Positions 10,841-19,132 of a stretch of DNA of 19,132 nucleotides are shown here, in pieces. The stretch covers positions 1 to 19,132 of the forward strand of contig CDMY01000800.1 in NCBI GenBank assembly GCA_001179505.1, written 5' to 3'. Source of the DNA: Vitrella brassicaformis CCMP3155. Taxonomy: Eukaryota; Protista; Chromerida. Every line of letters starts with the position of its first letter. The first letter of the stretch is position 1. The translations under genes and the position numbers were made by a program. The notes below the pieces were generated by a model. It ran no database searches, was not told the DNA's origin, and saw nothing but the letters and a program-made list of their open reading frames with translations.

Positions 10841-13206
10841 CTACACGACAGGCTCCCCCCTGACCCTCGAAGGCTGCACAACGTTGCGGCACTCACCGAA
10901 CCTACCACACCACATAACCAACGCATACCGAAAACATCCCTGTGCGGGGGGGTTTGGCATCCATGGGCGGTGGGTTGCTCACCCGACACGTATGGGGCCC
11001 TTCTCGGCGTAGCCCGTCATAACCACTGCACACACGCACACACACCACGCACGCACAAGCGATGCACAGACCAACAGACTGGCCATGGGGCGTGTGTAGT
11101 ATTCTGAGCATGTCTGACCTTCATCGCCATCCTCGAGAAACTTCCTCTCTTGACCTGGACACCACGCCACGCCCACAATCCACACCAGCTACACCAACTC
11201 AGTGTAGTGTATGTGCCTGTGAATCAGGGCGGACCATTGGAGAATCTGAGGGGCTCGCTGCCCGCCCACGTGAGTTCAAGCAGCGAGCCGAAAGAGGACT
11301 TCTCCTTCACATTCGTCAGACAGCCAGCCAGCCTCTAATGCACTCATAGTGGTGCGGTGCAGCGGGCGTACCTTTCCTGAGATGGTGCCGGTGCCCAGCA
11401 GGTCTCCGGCCCTCATGAGGCACCCATTGCTTGCGTGGTGCGTCAGCTGCTGGAAGATCGTCCAATACATATACCTACGCGACGCGCACGACACGACCAG
11501 GGAGAGATAAAGAAGGAGGGAGATGGATTTCCATAAACGACACTGACTGACCTGAGATTTGTTCTGCATATTGTTTCGGGTGAGTGGTCGGCTTCCAGCT
11601 TCACTGCCACCTGATAATTGATACATAAGCTCTCTGTCCTTCCTCTCCCTCCACGTATACACATCGCTGTTTGGTTGGCTATGTGGCTGCCTGCCTGCCT
11701 ACCTCTAGTTTGATGTCGTATGAGGGGAAGTCGACGCCTCTGTGTCTGAGGTGTGGGAGGGGCTCGGGGTCCTGCTCGGGCGCTGTACACCGAAAGGGCT
11801 CCAACGCGTCAAGGGTCACAACCCACGGAGATATCGCAGTAGCTGTCACATACACGGCAAACCCCACGACAACACAGCACATACATCCCCACACATGTGA
11901 ATGCATGTCTGTGTTCGTCGGAGTGTGAGGGTGTGCCTCTCTCTCTCTCTGTTTGTCTGCCTGTTTGACTGACTGACCGAAGCTCTTGCCGAGGAATGGT
12001 CCGAGTGGTTGGTATTCCCACTTTTGTATGTCCCTTGCCGTCCAGTCGTTCATGAGCACCAGGCCAAAGATCTTGTCCCTCGCCTGATCCAATGGCACAG
12101 GGTCGCCGGCAACGAACTCACCACCAACAAAGGACGCCTGCACACACACACGCGGCACACGAGGGACAGAGGGATATACATATGTGGTGACAGACAAGCA
12201 GACACCGGGAAGGCGACATTCATCATCGATGTACCTACCATTTCTAGTTCGAAGTCGAGGACCTTTGATGGGCCGAACACGGGCTTGTCGGCGTCCTTGG
12301 GCAGCATCTGACCGCACGGGCGTATCACAGGCTGACCTACGCGAAGGGATACAAAACGAGAACTCGCGCGTATGACAACTGCTTGATTCGTCCGCACGAA
12401 TATCCGCGTGTGCGACTGGACCTACCTGATGGAATGATGGTGCTGGCTCGGCCGTGGTAGCCAACAGGGAGATGCACCCTGCGTGCCGAAACAGATGCAC
12501 ACACATACATTGGTCGTCGCCCCCTCCGTCCCTCCGTCTCTTCCTTGTTGTACCGACCAGTTCGGCAGGAGTGGGTTTTCTTTGGACCTCCATATGCTGC
12601 CGACATTGGTGGCGTGCTCCTTGCTGGCATAGAAGTCGGTGTAGTCGCCGATGACGGCTGGCAGGTGCATCGTGACGTCCTTCTGCTCCACGATGGCCTC
12701 CTTGACCACATCCGGCCGGTGGCTCAAAGAGCTGGGGTGACTGTCAGACAGATACTGCTGCAGACGCTCACGCACCTCAGACCTACATACACCCACCACA
12801 CGCATCACCGGCACATGTATGTATGTATATCCGTTTGAGGGTTGCAGAGGGGTGAGTGGGTGTAGTGACTGACCATGCCTGGCGGCCCGCCATCATGAAG
12901 GGATTCAGATAAAACTGCAAAGTCAAGTGGCACACAGAGAACGCAAACGCATGAAACCGCAGAGGATGACCCATGTTTGACTCATGCACGACTGCGTACG
13001 TCGGCGAAGTACGGTGGCACTAGGTTCTTCTCTGCCATGACGCGCATGTCGAGGATCTTGTCGCCGATGGCCACACCGATGGTTGGACGAGGCATGCTGC
13101 TGCCCGTACGGCTGAACACACCGAAAGGCAGGTTATGCAGAGTGAAGTCCGTCCTCGGAAGAGGATTGGGAAACAGAAACTTCGGCAACGACGGAAGCGG
13201 AGCCAT
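10841..13206 (-). CDS. FAH: Fumarylacetoacetase (fumarylacetoacetate hydrolase), about 431 aa, 13 exons
   Basis: Exons 13000-13206, 12874-12914, 12558-12782, 12426-12478, 12239-12336, 11978-12137, 11703-11842, 11552-11610, 11372-11474, 11235-11304, 11119-11154, 10983-11025, 10841-10901, all in phase. Motifs: [100 protein letters not shown]. Confidence 0.96.
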
Positions 13207-13328
13207 GATCTGCTGATGAATCCTTAAACGAAATGCTTGAAGGATGATGCACTCGCGAGAGATCTGAGCTCGCAGGTAGGGACCTGGTGAGGAGATCGGC
13301 ATCGTCAGCAGTATCATGGCTCCGCTTC
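13194..13328. promoter_or_regulatory. Compact bidirectional promoter bounded by an inverted repeat that contains both start codons
   Basis: Arms 13194-13219 and 13302-13328: a perfect 16-bp core (GAAGCGGAGCCATGAT / ATCATGGCTCCGCTTC) extended to 26/27 nt with 1 mismatch and 1 indel; 82-nt spacer. ATGs at 13206 (-) and 13316 (+). Confidence 0.8.
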
Positions 13329-14161
13329 AAAGATTGAAGCCCGCTTTGTTCATGGCCCTGGCAGCGACAACCACGCTTTCCGAGGCGTTCGGACCGCCTC
13401 TCCTCCGCCGCCATCTCTCTGCCAGGAGGCGTCATCTTTCAAATGTGCATGCTAATGGAGGCCCGGAACATGTCGAGGTGAGTGCACGCTGATCTGCTTA
13501 CCGGTGATTTCTGACAGACAAACAGACTGTTTGCTTGCAGAATCCGATGGGGCTAACAAACACGGAGAGGCAGGTATCGCTGAATCAGCGTCAGACAGCC
13601 CTCTCTCTCTCATCAAGATCAAGACACAACAGCATCCAGCCCACCGCTGCCACATCTCTGCACTCGCTCCGAAGGCCCACAAGGCATGAGCCGTTTCCCA
13701 TCTCGATGAGCCTGACAGAAGTGCATTCGCGGCGGCAAGCATTGGCCAACATTGCCGCCCTCTTTCTGCCGGCCCTGCTCATGACGACAGCCGCCATTGC
13801 AGCTGACGAGAGTCAGCCTGGTTCCCCGCCGTCAGGGAGCAGTTCGCCTGATGTGACCACTGGCCCGTCGTCGGTTGAGAGTGAGGAGGAGCGTCTGAAG
13901 AGGAAGAAGCAGCTGCAGGAGGAGGCGCGAGGGGGCGGCAAGAAGAAATCCACCTCATACTTCGAGGACCTGGCGGTCAGTCAGTGGGTCAAGTGAGGGA
14001 GGAGCCACCAGAGAGGTCGTGCCACCGAGATCGGTGTCTTGTTTGTCTTTGTGTGTTGTGTGCAGAAGGAGCGCGAGCGTCAGGCGGGTCGGCGCAAAGG
14101 TCGGCTGGAGACGGTGGAGGACATGTGTGAGGTCATCGGCAGGGGGTGCGGCGGCGTCTGA
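13316..14161 (+). CDS. Small plastid thylakoid-lumen-targeted protein of unknown function (signal peptide + transit peptide + twin-arginine signal)
   Basis: Exons 13316-13477, 13541-13975 (probable in-frame intron 13574-13639) and 14066-14161. [25 protein letters not shown] (signal ending in the ASA-F-type motif), an Arg/Ser-rich transit region, then [28 protein letters not shown] (RR + hydrophobic core + AxA). Mature part is charged and ends [13 protein letters not shown]. Confidence 0.78.
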
Positions 14162-14526
14162 CCAAAAGGGCACAGCCATACACACACGGAAGGGGGATGA
14201 ACGGGGACACATTGGCGTGTGCGGAGCGACACGCTCAAGAGATATTTGTGCATCTGGGTTCAGTTGTGCGTGCATACATTGCATGGGACGACTCAATGAC
14301 TGAATGCACATCGCCTGATGGGCGAGCGAGAGGTGGTGTGGGCGCTTTCGCCTTGTGCTGGACCACGTACCGGTGTTTGCGCACACCAAGCACACCCGAG
14401 CATACACCTGCACGCATGTGTGAAAAGTGCCCGGCCATTTGGTTTGTGTTCGATGTATCTGGGATCGACGATCATCTTTGTGTCCGTTCATTTGCAACCA
14501 TCTGCCAGTCTTGAGAGTGAATGAAT

Positions 14527-14562
14527 GAACACGTTGAACACGTTCGACACGTTGAACACGTC
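14527..14562. repeat. Tandem 9-mer array, 4 x (G/C)(A/G)ACACGT(T/C)
   Basis: GAACACGTT GAACACGTT CGACACGTT GAACACGTC. Confidence 0.85.
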
Positions 14563-14697
14563 GGGGAAGCTACGAAAGGGAGCGTATATAAGTGAGGTTG
14601 GGGCAAAATACTATAACCACACAAAGATGCGTAACCAATTCAGTCGTCCTTGCTGCTATACATACACACACACGTAACTTATGCATCCACGGGGCAC

Positions 14698-14982
14698 CAG
14701 GCAGGCAGGCAGGCAGGCAGGCATGTGCACTTAAAGCGGTTTACAGGTGCATCAATCACGGGTCGACAACCCGAGTAGGAACACCCACTAGCTCAAACAG
14801 GGCACTAGCGATCGGGGCATCGTACTACATACACACCACACAACCGTCAATCCAATCACACGTCTCCCTTTAGAGGCCACTTGACGGACAGACAGACAGA
14901 CACGCGTCGAGCAAACAAGACTCCATTTATTCATTTACGGGTATGCGCATGTAGCCTGGCTGGCTGGCTGGCTGGCTGGCTG
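14698..14982. repeat. Tetranucleotide microsatellites: (CAGG)n 14698-14723 and (CTGG)n 14956-14982
   Basis: Read directly. Similar SSRs occur in many introns, e.g. (CCTC)n at about 17670-17702 and (CT)/(GT) runs at about 15221-15247. Confidence 0.85.
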
Positions 14983-15424
14983 ACAAAATGGTGCCGCCCC
15001 AGCTGTACTTAGTCGATGCAATCTCGCTCGGTCAGGTAGTCAGGTATATATCTGGCATTGGTTCGTGGGTGGGGAAGTGGGTGGGGAGGTGGCGGTTCAA
15101 ACGCTCACAGTGATCGTATTGGCGACAGACGGACGGGCATGATCTGTTGCAGACGCCACCACACACAATCGCATCCTTCATGACTCGAGACACCCATCCA
15201 CCCACCCGCCCCATCCCCCACTCTCTCTCTCTCTCTGTGTGTGTGTGACTTTCTGTAGGTCCCGTTGTTGTCATCATCCGTCACTAGCCAATCCAGGCAC
15301 GAATCGAGGCAGCCATGCAATGAACCCAACCAAAAGCAAAAAACGCTCTGTCCTTTCCTTCCTTTCGTCCCCGCCTCCATCCCGCCGTGCCTCCGTCCAT
15401 CTGTCCACCTGTCTGGCCATTGCA

Positions 15425-18400
15425 TCACCAGGCCTGCCTCTGTGCGGCTGCGGCGAGCCTCGTACCCAGGACGTCTGGTGCGCACACCCCACCCGCATCG
15501 CCTGTAGTGGTGCCATTGGGCTGTCCGTGGGACTGGGTGTGGTACGTCAAGGGCGTCATTTGCCTCTGCTGCTGCTGGTGGTGCTGGTGGTGGTGGTTGG
15601 TCTCTGCAGGGAGTGGGGGCGATGGCGCTGACGCGTTGGTGTGGGTGGTGTTGTCAGGTTCGGCGGCCTCGGACGGCGTGGATGCCGGAGGGGACGGCAG
15701 GGGATGCACCGGCAACGAATGCACATGATCCAACTTGCGCTTAAGGTAGGTGGATACAACAGAGACAACAAAGACAGGGAGCGGGCATCCATGCATGTGC
15801 GTGACAATTATTAATACGACGGGTGTCGTTTGTACCACAGCCGCTTGTGTGTAGTGGTGCGACTCGCCGCACAGCAACAGCAACAGGGCCCGCGCATCCT
15901 CGTAAGCGCGTTCCATCACCAACCTACACAATACAAGACAACACAAAGCAACACAACACAAGACAGCAGAGGTGACTGACGCCTTCATTATTGTCTGGCG
16001 TGTTGGTGCCGTCTGTTTGCGTTACTTGCTGAACATGGGTATGGGTGTTTGTGTGGCCGGTGCGTCCGGCTCGCTGCTCTCCTGCTCGATCTTGTAACCA
16101 CACAGATCAGCAGACTCCTGCATATATTCACACGTACACACATAAGGTGGTACGTCTGTCTATAAGGTGGTACGTCTGTCTGTCTGTGAGGTGCCTGCCT
16201 GCCTGCCTGACCTCGTGTGCCCAGGCCAGCGTGTAGGAGGCGAGAGGCATCACCTGGGAGATGATAGCATCACATGGCCTCCCGCAGTACGTGTGTCAGG
16301 CGTCCATCGTGCATGTACGTATGTGTGTATGTGTGTTGGTATTGACCTTCCTGAGGTAGTTGAGCTTGATGGAGTGGAAGTGGATGGCCTCGTCAAACTG
16401 ATACACGTCACGCAGCCCCTCGCATATCAAACCTGCCTGCAATCACACACACACGCACACAAACAGACAGACATACACCGCACACATCGGTGTCACAGTG
16501 CCTGAATTGGTTACCAGGTGTGCGATGATCCAGTGTTGTGTGAATATCTTGACAGCCTCGGTCCACACGGCATGCAAATCCTCCAGGTCGTTCTTGTCGC
16601 ACTCGTCAAGACGCTTGTTGTACCTGCACAATGCACGCGTACACATATAAAGTCAACGTAGCGCACTTGGTTCCTTTGTTCCTTCTCACAGCGATTCCAC
16701 GGTGGTGTAGCTCTTGATGGCATTGGGGGCGATCACCGAACCGCACCTGATCGATCAGCAGACATGAGGGACAAAATAAAGGAATGGTCGTGTGGCCGCC
16801 ACATGCAGACACGTGCCCCCGTCCATGTTAGGTTTACGTGTCGCATGGCGTGGCCTCCGTGACGGTCTCCACGTCGGTCGAGTCGTCAACAACGTCCTGA
16901 AAGGTTGTCGTCCCTGACATGACAACAGGGGTTTAAGGTTCCATGTGTACATACTGCTGAACGTCTTGTGTGGGTGACCTATGTTGCAGTTGGGACACCT
17001 GAACCCTCTCGCCTCGTCCCGAGGCATCACACACCGACTGAAGCAAGCAAGCAACCAATCAATCAGTCAATCAATCAGTCGACCAGCACACAACCAGAGA
17101 TGAGTATGCGGACTCGGTTCTTCCTGCAGGTCCCTGCCTACTCGCATCTGCAGATGAACCGCCATCCCAGCAACTTCTCACGACGCACTGATATACGAAA
17201 CAGCCAACTAGGGCGCAAGTGGCCCATCGCTCTCTTCCTCCCCTCTCTGTTGATGCGTATGATGTGTGTTCGCTGACTGTCAGTGGATTTGATGAGGTCG
17301 TCGTCGCCGATGTATGAGATGGTCAGCTCGTCGCCCTCCTTCAACGCCACACGAGACCCTTCACACATGCGCACATACACGTGGAAATAACACATTCAGT
17401 TCTCGGGGGTTTGGTATGGCATACGCAAGACGTATGCATCGTTGTCGCCGTAGAGCCAGCAGCACGACGCCGCGCACGAATGGGCCATCAGAGACGTGCC
17501 TGCACTCATAACACACAGCACACCCCCTGCCGAAACATGCTCACACGCACAACAGAATCCCCCTCTCCCCTGTACACTCACGGTTGTACAGCACGAGCCC
17601 TTCAGCCTCCGTGTGATGACCTGACCGCACAACACGCGAAAACGCACATGCGGGAAGGAAAAGACCACTTCCCTCCCTCCTCCCTCCCTCCCTCCCTCCC
17701 TCTGTCTGTCCCTTTGGATGTACCGAATGAGTTGTATCTCCATACGATGAGCATCTTCTGGTAGTGCAGTGGGTGGATTGGGGTCTGGCTGCCCAACTCG
17801 TACCCATAGCACGTCCAAGGCTTCGTGCGGCCCTCCCCTGTCTCGCACAGGTGCACCCATGCCTGCAACTGATCATCCTTCCGCCGGGCCCCTCCTGCCA
17901 GCTTGCTGCTGCTGCTGATGCTGGCGGCGCTGCCCTTGCGTGTGGGTGAGGCGTCGAGGGGGCACAGCTGCAGACGCTCCACCACTCGCAGGACGTCGGG
18001 CGACGGCTCGGCAATCTCATCGGGGTCTGACCCAGACGCATGCATACAGACATATATGCACGCATTCTCACACCCGGCCAATGTCTGTGTGCGTGATCTT
18101 CTGCACGTATCGTACCTGGGATGCATTTATCGAAGCACTTGTGCAGGTCGCGTTGTGACATGTACTGGAGTGAGTAGAGTGCGGCAAAGTGCCATATGGG
18201 TGGCAGCTCGAGGGGCTTGTCCTCGTTGACCTTGACCAACTTGTCCCACAGCTGGGCATCCAGCGAAGGCAGCGCCACCAACAACGGCTCCTCCTTGTAC
18301 ACCACCGTACCCGGCGCTAACGCACGACGCGTGAACAGACACCCTGCAGACATTCACAAATCCATCCATCGAGCCATCGATCGGATGCAGGCATGTGGTG

Positions 18401-18750
18401 TATTATAAGTCGTCCCTGGGTGTCTTACTTCCTTTGCCTTCGACCCGCCTGACCTCGACGGCCCTGTCGATCTGCTCGTCGCTCCAGTTGGAGGGCGTGT
18501 CATCCATACAGCCACCACCACCAACGGACTGGCTTAGACTGTCGCCCGAGGCCCCCATACTCTCACTCTGGCGGCCGGCTGGCCCATCATCCCCTGACGC
18601 ACTGCTCGCCTGCACACGGTGGCCATGCTGCTCCCGCTGATGACGGCGCTGCTGGTGATGACTTCCTCGCCCACTGCCCAGTTCGCGAACTGTCGTCCTG
18701 GATGCGACCTCCACGGCACCGTCACGTGCACCGCCATACTTCACCTTCAT
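15425..18750 (-). CDS. AKMT: SET-domain lysine methyltransferase, ortholog of apicomplexan apical-complex methyltransferase AKMT (SMYD-related), about 673 aa, 16 exons
   Basis: Exons 18429-18750, 18116-18343, 17724-18026, 17582-17620, 17425-17499, 17278-17358, 17142-17187, 16979-17037, 16838-16913, 16690-16746, 16515-16623, 16347-16436, 16212-16253, 16026-16117, 15836-15923, 15425-15739, all in phase. Motifs GKGRCLFT, LELPPIWHFAA, WRYNSFGHHTE.EGLVLYNR, LMAHSC, GDELTISYIGDDDL, post-SET CRCDRC, CPNC...CDTC, VMPLASYTLAW and LLCGESHHYT closely match Toxoplasma AKMT as I recall it. Confidence 0.88.
16142..16180. repeat. Intronic tandem duplication (19-nt unit, period 20)
   Basis: ATAAGGTGGTACGTCTGTC at 16142-16160 and 16162-16180, inside AKMT intron 16118-16211. 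Confidence 0.85.
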
Positions 18751-19049
18751 TGAGTCATTAGAGCGGCGGGTCGAGTCTTAGATAAAACTCTGTGCGTGAG
18801 CGACAGACACTCCGGCGAGTCTTAATACATACACCTCTGGACCTTTGACATTGCAGAATCCTAAGCTCCAAAGTGAAACCGCTCTCTCCTAAGCTCTAAA
18901 TCGGATTCCGAGTAAGGGGCACCCACTGCGTGGGCACCCCGGGCCGCGAATTGGGCGGGGGTCGAAAGCAGCGTGCAAAGTGGTGGTTCAATTATGCGTC
19001 ACAGAGACTTGCACAGCACGAGTGTTTGCGAGAAGCACACCGACGCATG

Positions 19050-19113
19050 CAATAATGGCGAGAGTCTCAAAAACATGCAGACAACAATGGCGGGAGCTTG
19101 AAAAACATGCAGA
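19050..19113. repeat. Degenerate 2 x 32-nt tandem repeat upstream of AKMT
   Basis: CAATAATGGCGAGAGTCTCAAAAACATGCAGA and CAACAATGGCGGGAGCTTGAAAAACATGCAGA, 27/32 identical. Confidence 0.8.
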
Positions 19114-19132
19114 TCTCGAAGACAGACGTGGC

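Noticed and set aside
11679-12593. 304-aa single ORF as a separate gene
   Set aside because: It is a chance read-through of FAH exons and stop-free introns. Only parts carry FAH motifs.
13207-13317. 37-aa in-frame upstream extension of FAH ([10 protein letters not shown]...), whose ATG overlaps the + gene's ATG
   Set aside because: It has no clear targeting features and would run through the whole promoter. ATG 13206 gives a normal-length FAH. It cannot be fully excluded without TSS data.
14162-15424. Protein-coding gene in the convergent intergenic region (ORFs 13955-14497, 15105-15485 and others)
   Set aside because: The translations are dominated by microsatellites with no phase-consistent exon chain, which fits 3' UTR sequence.
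14527-19113. CRISPR-like arrays (9-mer array at 14527-14562; 32-mers at 19050-19113)
   Set aside because: The repeats are directly adjacent with no unique spacers, there are no cas genes, and the context is eukaryotic.

Overview
Eukaryotic, GC-rich, intron-dense genomic DNA with short (about 50-130 nt) microsatellite-rich introns. The gene content and style point to a chromerid alga such as Vitrella brassicaformis (inference, no database check). I assembled spliced models by hand using splice-phase continuity. In order: a leading 27-nt G run; a frameshifted, intron-retaining GT17 (MGAT3-like) glycosyltransferase copy (+); a 24-exon EDC4/Ge-1/VARICOSE-like decapping scaffold (-) starting with an MGNEQS myristoylation-type motif; a divergent secreted 8-Cys protein with an acidic Pro/Glu tail (+), whose signal-peptide exon joins in frame only through a GA-AG intron; a 13-exon fumarylacetoacetase (-); a divergent small protein with a tripartite signal/transit/Tat leader, i.e. 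thylakoid-lumen targeting (+); and a 16-exon ortholog of apicomplexan AKMT SET methyltransferase (-). The most striking unexplained signal is a 26/27-nt inverted repeat that covers the start codons of both head-to-head genes (FAH and the lumen protein, ATGs 109 nt apart). As a result two unrelated proteins both begin MAPLxxLxxxLF. No rRNA, tRNA, CRISPR array or intact mobile element was recognised. All family assignments come from remembered motifs, not from searches.
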